A DNA stretch of 64,000 bases from Raillietiella orientalis. Taxonomy: Eukaryota. Shown one piece after another: positions 47,356 through 60,772 of this stretch (position 1 is the first letter of the stretch; every line of letters begins with the position of its first letter). The stretch lies in assembly GCA_036172245.1 (NCBI GenBank), contig JAYWIR010000007.1, positions 2,604,001 to 2,668,000 on the forward strand. The letters run 5' to 3'. Made by a program: the position numbers and the translations under genes. The notes under the pieces are model-generated. The model worked only from the letters and a program-made list of their open reading frames with translations. It was not told where the DNA came from and did no database searches.

Positions 47356-50300
47356 GGCGTAGTGACGGAAGCGATGATTTCTTATTTTCGTACAGTGGAA
47401 GACTCTTCCTCAAGTCCACGAGGTTCCGTATTCAAGCTGGAAATCCACCTTTTCAAGAGATCTCGTAGTAGATAGCTCGAGCAGCCGAAGACGCACAGCT
47501 CCACAGAGACACCAGCCATGGGGGTAATGCAAGTTCCCGATATCCTTCTTGGAAGTCACTCGTCAGCAGAACTCTTCTTCCATTATCGCATCTGTCAGAG
47601 TCCCTGGAGCTCCGTGGCCACTTTCGTCAGGGATCCTTCATTCATGAGAGTGACGGTTGCCTCGGGTCATCCGAAGTTCAACAATTTTCTAAAAGAGCAA
47701 AAAAGAATTGGTTATCTGATTACATGGGAAGATTTTTTTTTTTTCAGGAATTCATTAAGAGGCATCGGTTCTCTGCTGCTCATCTGTGAAACACGTGTAA
47801 TCTCTGCGAGAATAATGGGAGGCTGCGGAATACTTCCATTTAATGGTCAAGTAAGCCTCTTCGCGACTTTGTAATGCGCGCGTGCGTCTCCTCAGCTCAA
47901 CATAAAACAAAAGAACACACAAAAAAGAAAATGAACAAAAATGAAAGCACCGGGCAGGAATTGCTGCGTGGCTACTGAAGCAGAATCCAGCCTCTCGACG
48001 AAAAATCCTGGATTAGAGAAACCGTGTTGGAAACGTGAGGTCTGCAACTCTGTGATCCGAGATCGCCCATTTTCCCTGGAATTGGACGGGCGTGGCTTTC
48101 GAAAGCGTCGAACTCCAACGCACTTACCAAAGGGATGAAGAACTGCTTTTTTTTTTTTTCCTCTCTCCCGGGGGGCAGGGAGGAACTTCTCTTCCTCCTC
48201 ACCGACGGACACTGAGCAGTCGGATGCGTGGGTGGTTGGTTTGCCTGCATTTTCTTTCTAGGCGACGGAGGACCCAGGACCCAGGCGGGCCGACGACGAT
48301 CAGCGCGAAGTTTAGCTGCCGGTAGCGTTCATCCAGAAAAACCACGTGAAGCAGCAGTCCGCTCTCCGAAGCGCAGTTGTCGCATCATTCGAGAGTGGAA
48401 GAGCGTGCTGCAAAAAGGAAGGCTTTCGGTCACGAAAGGGAAACTCCCAAATCTGGCAGGAGGAAAATTATAACTTCGAGCTGCGATTGCAAGAGTCGGT
48501 CTTTCACTGGCAGACATCAGCATCCCTTTCGTGGCTCGCTTGGAAGATGCGCAATGCAATTATAAAGGAAGAGAGAGAGGGAGAAGGAGAAGAAAAAGAA
48601 AAAAAAGGCGCTATGAGAGGGCAATTATTAAAGATACTTCTGCACCATCCATTGTGTTTAATGAATCCATATTATGGCATCCCTAAAAGCAGCAAAGTGA
48701 CACCAAGTAGACGTGAGGGCGACGGAGGTTCTTCGAAGTGGTGGTGGGTGTTATGATAGGTGGGAATCGCTGAACGAAATGGCAAGCATTACGTCTCTGG
48801 TCTTTTCATGTTGAGTAACCTTTCAGAGAAATTGCAAAGAAGAAGAGTGGAATAATTAAAAGCGTGTCCATCCGCGCTGCCAGGTCTTTAATGCAGGCTC
48901 TTTTTTTTTTCTTTTTTTTTTTTTTTTGCACTCAGACCTACGGAAAACAATTACTCTGTGAAGAAGAAGGCAAAAGTGCTTCCAGTGGGGGTTCTTTCTG
49001 AGCAACGATTGCATCAAAAACCATAATGTGTGCCCTCGTTATGAGTCATGATTTAAAAGATTTGGGTGACCAAAACAGGATCGCAAGTGCCTCCCCCATT
49101 TGTTTGACACGGGTGTTATTTACGAGCGAGAGTTGCAGTTAGGTACCATGCAGTCATGAAATGGCACCTGTACCAATAAAACTGCTGGAGTTTCGTCACC
49201 CAAAAGAAAGATGAAGACATTACCAGATGGGCCGCGGTTTCCGATTTTCGAGTGGGGCCTCCGGACTTGGTAGGTACGCACCCGAAGGTCGTGCGTTCTT
49301 CGTCGGTTCTTCGTCCTTCGGGGTAGTTCGCCCCACCCGAAGTGGTTTGCCTTTCCGTGCTCTTTCGCACCTCCGAGAGTACGTAGAGCGCGTCTCAGTT
49401 ACCGGAGAAGCGTCCGGGACGAAAGGCAGTTGGGTAGGTCGGACCAATGGCGCCGGATTAGAGGAACATTTTGCCCGCCTCGGCGCCGCTCACTCACTTG
49501 GTAGTCCTCGAGTTATTTCGGACGAAATGTTGGTTGCCAGTACCGAGGACATTCGTTTGGTGGATGGCTGAACACGCAGTCCCGTGGGGCCAGGGCGCCT
49601 TGTTCTTAGCCCCATCTGTGGTGCGCCGACTAAGATGCCACCCGACGATCCTGCTACCTCGTGAACGGTGTGATCGAAAACATAACGTCAGTCTGATGGC
49701 CTCCCTTTGTTTTACCGGAATGAAGTCGATGTGGCTTCAATGCCGTGGAAAAGGTCAAAGAGATATAAAATGCTCCTGAAAAGTTCTTGCAATTTTTAAA
49801 GGAGGCTGAAAAGTGAGTGCCCCAAATTACTTTTTATTACCGTTTATTTTTCATCTTTATTAGTACTTTCTGCTATTATCACGCAAACAAAGCCCTGAAT
49901 AACTCGGAAGCAATAAAACTTTTTTTTTTTTTTTAGAAAAACACTTGGGAAGTTTACGGCATTTCAAGGCGTCCATTCATAACAGTGACGCAACGCAAGT
50001 GATGTGGAAACGGTCTTGATCTTTAATTTAAGAATTCCACGCTGGACCTCAGTTTCGAAAACAACAGCGGAGATCCACGTCATCGGAAATTCCGACGCAT
50101 ACCTGCCACTGCTTCTCTCGATCGCGGACGGTTCGGAGACGCGGAGGATGGGAGAAACGGGGGAGGGAGGGAGGGGAAGAATCCTCAAAGCGGCCTCGAA
50201 TGCTCGGAAAGGAGAGACTTCCGCCTTTTTCCATGCTGAGACGAAAGTTTCTTGGCTTGCCGGTGGAGCCCGTGCATCTCTGGGTGCAGTGGTGCACCGT

Positions 50301-52899
50301 ACTTGACAAGGAACGCGAAGTTGAACGTGGAAGGCCATCTCACACGCGAAGGGGTGCTGACCAAAGGAGGATCGCATGCAAACTGAGACCGAGAGCATTC
50401 TCCTGTCACGAGCGGCGATAGCAGGGGTTGTCCTGCTGGGACGGTCGTTCTGTCATGGCAGCACCGAAACGGATAGAGAGAAGACATCGTGCCCCTCGGA
50501 TGGAGGAGATGCATGGGAGGGCTTTCTCGCTGAAATAAGCAACTCAAACGGAGAAGACCGGGTGGGAGAGCGGCAACAGTGAGAAGCTGCTGGTTTCAAT
50601 TGGCTTTGGCCCTGAGAGTGCCGCCAGGAATCAGCAGCAAGGAGAAGGACGTTGATCTCGCAGATTGGCGTGGTTAAAGGCCTTTAATCAGGCCAGCACC
50701 TCTTCTGATTTTCCTCCAGGAGCAAGGTCCAGAGCGCCAGGACTCACGAGCTCCTCAGACCACCATGCCCCGAGATGACGTAGCAGATAGAGAACGAGGA
50801 AGATCTTGGGATCAACAAGGAAAGGATAAAAAGGGAGTCTTGGACGCACGAAGCACGCGTGCCGCTTCTGTGCCGGCAGGTCCACTGCGTCAGCTTCTCC
50901 ACACGATCCGTCTTCGGAATGTTTCTTGACAATGCAGCAGCCGAAGCGTACGGAGACGGCGGAGCTGCACGATTCGCTCTTCGCTTCTTCGTTCCCCCGC
51001 TGTGCACCCGCCCGCTCCTCTCGCAGTGGTGGAGAGCTTGTAGCCGGAAGCGCGGAACCAAATCTCAGGTCCCCCCCCAGAGCTTCGCAGAGGGCGCCGG
51101 AGGAGTTCGTGACGGCGGAGAGAAATTCTGCGGCGCACCCGGAACAATTCATTTCGCTCGTGGATACCAACATCGCTCCCGTCCGCTTCGTCGAAAGAGA
51201 GGCTCGATGAGGAGATTCTGTTTGTCCAGAGATTCGGCAGAGTGGGGGTGGAAGCAAAGAGGCCTTCCCCCTCTGGGAACACGGGGAATCGCTGGAGCGA
51301 ACCCCCGTGTCCCGATGCACACGCTGGTGGATTCGTTCACCCTCTTCGAATTTCCCGTTGCATCCCGATGATCCCAGAAGCTTCCCCGTCGTACGATCTC
51401 ATTCGCATGTCGAGCGGAACGGGGATGGGGGAGCATTCTTCCTCGGAGTATGGGTGCAGCACACTTTGAAAGAAATCACGAAGATCTCGAGAAGCCTCGA
51501 GCTGTCCACCTGAGGACTCCATCCTTTCCAGTAAGCTCCAGTCTCAATCGCTTGCAAGCAGCAATTTCCTAGCGCAAGTTGGCTGCCATGTGGACTCTTC
51601 TAAGGTCAATTCAATTAGCAAGGATTGCCGTGGCATCCAGAGATCTTTCCAGAATCGGATCTTCCGTTCGATCGAATCGACGGGGAGCGGTATTTTGCTC
51701 CTGCGGAAGACATTTAATTAGTTTATGGGGCTCCAGAAGCAATCGAGAAACGAATTTTGGTACTTTGTCGATGAAAAATTGAGGGAGTAGAGGGAGGGAG
51801 GGAATTGACCGAATTGACTTCCCCACGTGGATTTCAGAAAACTCTCATCAGATGGCACAGCTTCATGCAGAGCTCTCAAGAGCAATTCGCTTGCTCCATG
51901 TTTCTAAGGAGAGCTCCTCCCGTTCTAAGGATTTTCTGACCTTCCAGAATTTCCCTCTCTGTGCCACACGGGCGGAAGAGATCAGGAAATCCTGTCCCGA
52001 ACGCGAGCGAAGATGCTCCAGAGACGGATGCTCTGGAGCATCTTCGTGCAAGCGATAGCTTCGAGAAAAATTCCTGAAGCTTCTCATTGTCTTTTCTGAC
52101 ACTTCAGATGGGTTGAGGATTCATATGTTATGACCCAGCGCGCGTTGCTGCATCTCCTGCATCCACCCATTTGTGCGCGAGGAACGCCATCCGTCCGCTT
52201 CCATCTTGTTCGTCAAGCACGGGCGGGCAGCAGCCGACTCCTCGCGCTGCACCTCTCTCCAGCATCCTAGTCACAGCGGTTTCCACCGCGAGAAAGCGCG
52301 AACGCGGAGCAAACCACGCATCTCGTCCGGACATTCGAGTCGGTTGCGAGGAGCTGCGCGAACGCGGAATGCTGCTGGTACACGCCTTACTGAGATGGTA
52401 CATTCGGGAAGCTGACTGACTGTCGGTAGTCCTGGAAACACGGAAGCAAAGATGGGCAATGCGTCGCGCGGAAGCGAACACTGCTCGCTCTGTGCTTTGC
52501 GAGGGTATCCAAGCAAGAGATACCTCGGATGTGACCGAACGGAACAGCAAACAGCAAACCCTAATTATCCGCCGCTGTCAGAAACTGCGCATCAAGAGCG
52601 ATCCACTCTGGTTTCCTGGCAACGGACATGTTTGAGTATTTATTTCCGTGCCTTATCTCCGAGAATCAGTTATACCTTTATCTCTTGATTTCATCTGATA
52701 AACACGGAAGAAACGATCCGTATCCTTAATAATGATGAGATGTGATAGCAGCAGTGCATTTCATATAAACCTACTTTAGAATGATAGAATATTTTACATC
52801 AGTCATTCTAAGCACACGATTTGCTGATTGGCTCTGCTTTTCGTAGGCGGCTGCACGGGAATAACCGCAGAGGGAAGACACGTTTCCAAGCAACCTCTA

Positions 52900-54600
52900 G
52901 AGATCCTGAAAGGTTGAGGGAAGCAGAACGCCTCTGCAAGGGACTACCAGCCTTCCGGACGCTCGAAACTCAGCGCGGATCTCCCTTAAAGTGAACCAAT
53001 CTGATCGGTTTCATGGCATTTTTTCTCGAGTTCCACTGGTACGCTGCCCATCTCCAAACCCTCAACTAGACCGTGGCCCTCCTACGGGGCCGCCTTCATA
53101 CGCCACCCATTTCGGGGATCCCGTTGGGTCTATATGTCAGAGTCGTCCTCCTTGACCCACGTTCCACCGCCACCGGGGTGTGGCTTTCCTCTGCATCCTT
53201 TGGATGACGTGTAACCCTCTCTTGTCCTCAAGTGGTCCCAGCAAGCTTACCGGTAATCAGTTATCAAGCAAGCTTGAAGCATCATGATCTTTAAACGATT
53301 TTCATTCACAACACCACCTCGTATGAGGCAAGCGAAGGATCGTAGCCTTGTGGTCATGCTACGACCATGATGCAAGGGCAGTGTATGCATGCCCGTCTTC
53401 CATCAAAGGCGTTCCTCGAAGGGAATAGCGAGCTTCTTGACACTCTGGAGAGAGAAGCATCGACCAGCATCGCGAGTACGCGATGAAGGGACTTCCTCTG
53501 AGGGGGGACGGCACCTTGATTCCTAGACGCACCTTGGAAGGTTTACTTACAATCCCGGTCAGCCAACGGAAGCATCTGGTTCCCGGTTTCCACCATTGCC
53601 GCACCCAAGCGCGGAACAGGTGCAACGTTTTCATGTGCGCGCGCAACAACAACTGCTCGCTCCAGGAGATCCTGGAAGATCCCTCTATGAGTGCTTGGGC
53701 AAGCAGAATCTCCTTCGCCGCCGTGCTGCCCTCCTATAAGGAGCACATGGGCAGCAGCCTTACGGCTAGATGGGAGGTTACTGTGGAAATCTCCAGAAGG
53801 AGAAGAGGAAGAGGGCGAGTAGACCACGGGCCAGCTTACCGACGCTGCGACCCGGAGTGACCCCTCTCGAGGACTCATGATCTGGGGCTAGTTACTGGGA
53901 ATTCCAGCAGAAGATTCGCAGTGGTTCCAATGCTTATGGACACCCATGACCTCTCCTTGAAGTGGAAGGAGTCGGCGTAGATGCTGCTGCACTGGGGCCT
54001 CCCGTACAACGCCCGCCGTCATCACTGGACATGAAGGAGTGTGGGTGGACCCAAACTGTGCAAAGTGCAGGGAGCGCTAATGAACCCTCGCACCTCCTAG
54101 TGAACTGTGTTGCTCTCCGGACTCCTTGGAAACGCTTTGCCACGACCCTTGGAAGCCCCAGCGGCAGCGCCAGAAACGTAAAATGCCTCTTCCTGCACGG
54201 CGCCCTCACGTCGCCGCATTCTTAGCAGTACTTTGCTGCCTACGCGGGATCCTGACTGCATGGAACAACGCAGAGTCCAGAACGACAGGGATGCCATTTA
54301 TTTTGCTGTCCTCTTCATGAGGACAGCATCAAGATGGTCCCATCTGGGAGTTTTGAAACAGGAATTTGTCAGCATCCTTACAAGGATGCAGAAAATATCC
54401 CATTCTTTGGCTGCATTTTTCGTTTTATTTTTTCTTTTGTTTGTCTTCCCTTCCCTCGTGCTGCCGAGGCGAACCTCGCTGGCCTGCGTGCCAGTTCCTG
54501 GCAGGTTCCTTCTCGTAGTTATAAGTGAAGTGGAAGGATCAAACGTCCTGCCACAGACATGTATTTTTGTTTTATAAATAAGCGTCCCGGAGGGACTTGA
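52900..54600 (+). mobile_element. 5'-truncated L1/Tx1-like LINE (post-RT, zf-RVT, 3' UTR)
   Basis: RWV..P..GCGFP..LVLKW (~53120-53236), LKWKESA*MLLHWGLPYNARRHHWT, VDPNCAKC / EPSHLLVNC..PW, LCCLRGILTAWNN and NDRDAIYFAVLFMRTASRWSHLG. Strong DNA homology to 6895-7280 and 42190-42580. Stem-loop at 54530-54554; end ATAAATAAGCGTCCCGGAGGGAC. Confidence 0.87.
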
Positions 54601-57600
54601 AACGTTTGGTCCTGATGCCCCTAGTCCAACCAGTGTCATCCTGCAGGGGGGACTCGGAACCCACGACGCCTGGCACTAGGTGCAGAGACCGCAGCCACAC
54701 GACCACCAGCGCTGACCCCCGACTTCTAAGCAGCACAAATTGCAGCAAACCTATTCCGAAACCTAAGGCGAAGAGTTGCCGTGGCAACTGTAGATTGCAA
54801 TGTACGGGTGGGTCTTGGATCCTCTTGGCATCAAAGTAGATATTTATGGGAGAGAGAGAGAGAGCGGAAGGGAGGAGGGGAAAAAAAAAAAAAACACCGA
54901 TAAAGGAATCTCCGTCTCCATGGAAACTTTCCGAAGTTTGGTGGTTTCGATAGTGTGACACTTGGGACACGTTTAGCAGGTCACCTCCACTTCCGGCTTA
55001 CCCCCTCAGCCAGCGAGCACGGGTGATGAGAAGACTCCAAAGTGATTCCTGGGAGCATGCCTACCGGGAATTCTTTCCCGCGCGGCTGCAGCAGAGTTCC
55101 CACAGAGATGGAACACAATCTCTTTTCTCCGCGAGCATTGCACTCCAGAGGAGTCTACAAGAGCTCGATGCTCACTGAGTCTGCCTCAGACGAGATTCTG
55201 AAGCGTCTTGTAGTCACGGTTGGTGGCACCAGGAGGTGCGGTTGGCTGATGAACTTCCATCCACTTCCACTGTGTGGCTTGCAATCCGGAGGTCTGCAGC
55301 TGCTTCCTGCATCTCGTGTGCGCAGCTGTGCCATGTCGAAATCCCGGTTTTCCCCGCTAGCGAAGACAACATTCCTAGCAAACCAATGAAGGATGAGGTC
55401 GAACTCGAAAGCAATTGGAGTCGCGGCAGAAAAAAAACCCAGAAAAACAAAAGAAGAAGAAGAGGAAAAAAAAAACACTAGTTCGAGGCAGTGAGGATCA
55501 GGAAATCCGCAAATCATTCTCGGAGCAGGTCAGCGGGTAGCCGAAGCCTTAGCTGTGCTGGTTGCTTTCTCAGGAGCTGCCGTAGCTGCTGACGAAAGGT
55601 CACGGATGCCAGAAAACGCGCTTCAAGAGATGGTGGAGCTGAAATGGGACTGTTGGGGAAAAAACGCCGGCTTCGCGGTGCCTCGGTTCCGGAGGCTCCT
55701 GCGAACGGAACAGCGTGAGGCAAAACTCAATTTTTGAACTGTTTTTGTGTTCCTGTCGAAAGACTTTTTGGTAATGTTTAGACCGCGGGTCTTCGGAAGC
55801 TAAGCCGCGGAATCATAGGGGGCTGCTGCGTGATTCTCTCCATTTGGAGGGTGGGGGAGGCGCACCCACTCTGAGCTTTCCGAGGCCTGCCAGCTTTCAA
55901 ACGAACGCAGGTTCGCGATTTCTTCTGGCCATTCCGCTCACTGCACTCTATATTCACCTCGGAACACCCGTCTTAGTTCGTTGCTATGGAAAAGAGATGC
56001 TCCTAGCGCACTGTCCAGGAGCCACTACGCACTTCCGTTGTCTTTTCGGGTTCCGCTCTCTGTGGTTCGTTTCGGGTGCATCAAAAAGCTCAGACGTGGA
56101 GGAAGCCGCGTGATCCAAGAGGCGCGCATCCTTTGGGGGAGAGAGAGAGGGAGCTGTGTTTGCTGGGCGGAGCTCCGTTTTTTCGGACACAGGTTCCGAT
56201 GAAGGCGATCTTGAGGAGACGCTCGGGTTTGGCGTGGAGCGCTCTTCATTCGGAACGGAAAACCACAGGGATGGGTTCGGCTTGGTGGAGGCGGCCGACG
56301 GAGGTTCGGGAAGGGAGGAAGGAGAAATCCTGCGAGCGCCTGAACGCTCTTGGAGAGCTTCCGCGGAAGGAGACGACCGCTGCCGGAGTCGAGGAAGGGA
56401 CAGGGCGCGAGTGCAGCCCTTCCCTCTTCTGGAAACACCCCGGGAGTGTTTAGCGATGTCCTCCCCGTGCGCGGAATCGTAGCCGTAGGGTGTCATTTTT
56501 TGCCGCCCGAAATTCGGAAACAATGGAGCGAGTCGAGGGGATGAGAGGCGTGGCGGCGGCACCTACGCCACTGCTGTCTTTTCGAAAGCGTTCCTTGTCG
56601 GCTTATAAAGTGGCCTCCGCGGTAGTTTTGAAACACAATCCGAACGTCCCGCACACGCCTCTCCGCCCAAATGACTTCCCTCAAAGGAAAGCGATGAAGA
56701 TGTGAATGCCTGGGACCCACATCAGAGGCGATTTGGCCGCTGGGAAATAGCAAGGGGGACCGCTAGACTGCCTGCAGCCGAGCGAACTAGTCGAGGGAGT
56801 GCGCGCGCTCGGACGAGAGGGGTGTGGAAGAGAGACGTTATTTGCGCCATGAAGAGCAGGGGTCCCGTTTGTTCGATCCTCGAAGCAGTGGAAAGAGCCG
56901 AACTTGTGCGGGGCGGGATGTGACAGAGGCTGCCCTCCCAAGTGGATCGGATCCAGCGATCCCTGCTGCAGAGAAGTCGCGGAGCCACGGGGAAGCTGGG
57001 ATTTCGTCCGGGTCGTGATGTCCAGGACGCTCATTTGTTCCCACCTTCTCCTTCAGGAAGGAAGAGGCTGCCAAAAACTCTCGGTTCCTTGTTCCCGAGG
57101 AAGTTCAGCCCACAATTCCCCTGCGAGCTGAAGGGATCGCAACAGCGCACCATCCGAATGGCACGAGTTCCGGCTGAGTGGAAGTCTTCTTCCTTGCCTC
57201 CAGGGTATGCGCATGCATGCATGCTGTGTCTGCTGTTCTGGAACAGCAAATTGACGGGGAAAAGCCTTGGGGCCATTTCCTGAAGAACACCACGCTGGAG
57301 ATGTTCTCTGAAATCTTCAGAGGATCCAACCGTTTCGGGCGAGTGGGGCGCAAAGCACTCATTCAGCATCTTGTCAGCTTCAATGTTTCTGGATGCCGCG
57401 GTCATGCCATCCTCGAGTGGTCCCGCTGCGGCATTCCGATCGCGTTTTCCAAAGCGCTAATTATCCCCGTGGTGCAACACTCCGGGCTTCCTTCCCGGTA
57501 CCTTTCGCCCTCATGGGGCCCTCTCGTCCTCATTCCAATAAGCAGTCCATTCTCAAGGATATTCTCGTTGACCCATGGCTCACACGTTTTCCTGTTCGCC

Positions 57601-60119
57601 GTCCTCGGTTCCGGACGTGGACTGGAGTGCTGCGACAGCGCATGCCCTTCGGCTACTGTGGTTTGTCTCGGAAAGAAAGATTTCCAGGGACCGGTTTCAG
57701 TCATGGATTCCACGTTTTCCCTTCAGATCGCGAGCTTTTTTTTTTTTGTTTTTTTGCTTTGTAGCCCGTAGGTTTCATCTGGAGAGAAAGAGATGGAGCG
57801 TTTCGATTCGCCAAGACAGCATCCCTCCTCTTTCTGCGTTCCCTGTCCTTTGCTGTTCCTCTAGTGCTAGACATGAGGTGAGCAAACCTCATTCTGTGCT
57901 CCTGTAATCAAGTCAGCTTGGGACCGAAGTCTGTGGTCACTCGAAACGCTTCGGTTCTTGCACGTGAACTGTGGCAAGTGAGGTTTCCCTCCTACTTCTT
58001 CGGCCGCTCCAAGAGGAAGTTTCTGATGACCTCTTTCATCTGTGGTCACGCCCTTTTTACCGTTCTTCAAGAAGCGCTTTCTCCATTGGCTCGTGTCAAA
58101 CTACGGGAGAGGCAGAAAAGCTGCAGAGTCTGTTCCACCTAATGGATTTTTTTGTTTTTGTTTGTCTTCTTACTCAAGAGAACGTGGCGTGTCCTTAGAG
58201 CTGCTGCGACCTTCTGAAACCGCTGGTCCTGTCGCGCGGTAGATCGAAGATGTAGCTGCACCGCTTTTGTGCCACGTGTGTTCCTCAGCCCCAGATGGGG
58301 AGGATGGCGCCTTTCTTCTTCTGAGAGATGTTCTCGGAAGATGAGAAAGGGGTGAGAGAGATTTTCGAATGGTAAAGGGGTTTGTTACTTTTACCTGCAG
58401 GTATCTTTGTAAATCTTGCGTCCCTCTCCCCCTCCCTCTCCCACCCAAAAACAAAAACAAAAGCATGACCATCATGAGATTCATGGTGGTCACGCGGCTT
58501 GCATCATTTCTCGACTCAAAGCTTGCGTCACCTCGCAAGGGTGCATCATTAACCTCTAAGGCAGGAAGCGTTCGTGTCCCCAAGCTGCTCCTACTGCCAG
58601 CCAAGCCCTCCTCGCCTGTGAACGAGGACGCTTGCGTAGCCTTTTCCTAACTAGCTGCTGCTGTTGCCGATGATGCTGGTGATGGATTCGTTTCTTAATC
58701 CAGCGTGTTCTTCCGCATAAAGTTGTTTTTGAGAAAGGGACAAGGACCAGTGCGAGCAGCACAGGTCTTTCCAGTGCTCGGGATTACTGCAAATGCCTTC
58801 CTGCCATCTCAGATGGAAGATGAGGTAGTCCGCTGAGAGTGATGAGGATGCTTCGAATTCTACATGGTTGAACAGCGCACGCAGTGCCTTCCTGGCTTTC
58901 TCTCCGCCATTTTCCTTGTCGATCTTGGTCAAGAACGGTGCGCGGACAACACAGTGCTGCTTCTCCATGCCGGCAGCAAGCGTACAAGCGTACAAGAGCA
59001 GCTGCGCTCGGAGATGCTGTCTAACTTCCTCCTGGAGTGGTTGGAGATGCGAGAGGGAAACCTCACTCTCCAGAGTCCATGTGCAAGAACCGAAGGGTTT
59101 GCTCTCATCTTGGATTCGCTGTCTTCCGGGAGACTGTAAAAGTCCTCTTGGGGTCGAGATGAAAGGATAGCACAGACGATCAAACAAATATCACTTTAAG
59201 CGTGGAGGGGGCCGCGTGCCGAGCTGCACCCACGGCGGAAATTTCATAGGGAACTCGAGAACTCTTTGCGCCTATTTTTCGAACATTCCACTTCCGCCTT
59301 TTCCTCCGTTTCGCCAAACGAGCGGTCGGAATTCGAGCTGGGCAGGGAGTCGTTGAATTTGAGAAAAGAATTCGAGGATCTCGGCTATGAGGTTGCGAAA
59401 GATTCCCTGTGCGTGGACGACAACTCGAATGCATCTCCTTCAGTGGGGGGTCCACGTCTTCTCTTTCGGGAAGAAGCCCCTCTTTTTTCCCGACGCGAAG
59501 GACCGAGCGAATACCCGCGGAACCTTAAATAAATAAATTTACAAATTGTGTTTCCGACACTGCTTGTGTTTTTTCCCTCGATTGCTGACGTCGAAGACAT
59601 TTTTATGACCGTTGTGGGGGGACTCCATCTCCTGGTTTTGAGCGCAGTCGAGCATCGACCGTGTCGTGAAATGTTCTCCCAGAATGAAAACAGAAATTAC
59701 CTTTACGACGCTGGAAAGTTCTTTCTAATAAGCAAAACACACTTTTATGTGACCGTGGCCTGTTCCCTGGGGATAACAAGCACGACTTGACACCATTCTA
59801 TTTGGAATTACAGGGCCGTCCCCGGATTAATGCAGGGCTCGTTGAAAGCAAGCGGCAGGTCCGTAGAATCTTTGGAGAAATTCAAGATCCAACGAAACTG
59901 TCCTCATGGAGGCAAAGAAAAAAAAAAAAAAATCGCTGAAATCGATTCGGGGATGAAAGCCGCGCATGCGCACCGTCCGTGCCATCTGAGGAGGCTGTTT
60001 CCCTTGCTTTTTACTCCCCTCTGCATTTTCCTGTTTCTCCTGCTGGAAACGTTGAGGAAATCTCCGAAATCTCCGCGAATCCCGGAGGCATTATCTCATA
60101 ACCCGGTACTTAGGCGGAT

Positions 60120-60660
60120 GCTTGTGGGGACAGAGGAGGACATTTGCCACGGCGGAGTCACAGGCCGTCAGCCCCGTCCCTGTGGTTTCCGAGGCGATGC
60201 AGCACGGGAGAACTCGGAAAACGCCTCGTGCTCGCTCGAAGGTCACTTTCCTATTAAACGCGCCGTGTGCAGGGGAATAATCTCGAGCAACGGAATCACC
60301 GGAGAGCCGAGAATGCTGAGACAATCGGACAGAAACAGATACTCGAAAGTTCGAGGCGCTTTTCAAAGAGACGACGTCAAGGAGTATAACGGACTCGTTG
60401 CTCTTCTGTTAAGCTTTGCGACTCACGTCTTTTGTGACCTGCCGCCTCGCCCAATCGAACGGGAGCTCCACGTGCGCTCGTCCAAAGCGCGTGTTATTTG
60501 TTCCCAGATCTTTGTCGCGTCGAATTCCTTGCGCGATTACCAGGGGCCGTACTGAAGCGCAACAAGAGAGAGCCGTGGATCGGCTTAGGCTCGCTGAAAC
60601 CTCTCAGGGGGATGGATGAATGCCGAGGGAGAGCCTGCCATCCGGACTGCACAGGAAGCA
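60120..60660 (+). pseudogene. Possible decayed Hsp70/Hsp110-family N-terminal fragment
   Basis: DI.......RQ.......GD..R, then IKRAVCR, IP....TEAQQ.RAVD and LKPLRGMDE follow the order of Hsp110 D........RE.......GD..R / IKRLIGR / IP.YFTD.QRRAVLD / GL.PLRL.HE. Identity is low and frameshifts are required. Confidence 0.33.
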
Positions 60661-60678
60661 ACACGCATCAGTAAATTG

Positions 60679-60772
60679 GGGTAATTTCCGAGAGACCCAC
60701 TTCATAAAGTGACCTCAAGCTCGAAATATTGCCTACCAATGTTTACCCTCCCCCTCATTCCTGAAATTACCC
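60679..60772. mobile_element. Tiny TIR-bounded element (Tourist/Harbinger-like?)
   Basis: GGGTAATTTC (60679-60688) and GAAATTACCC (60763-60772), flanked by TTG and TTA. Confidence 0.33.
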
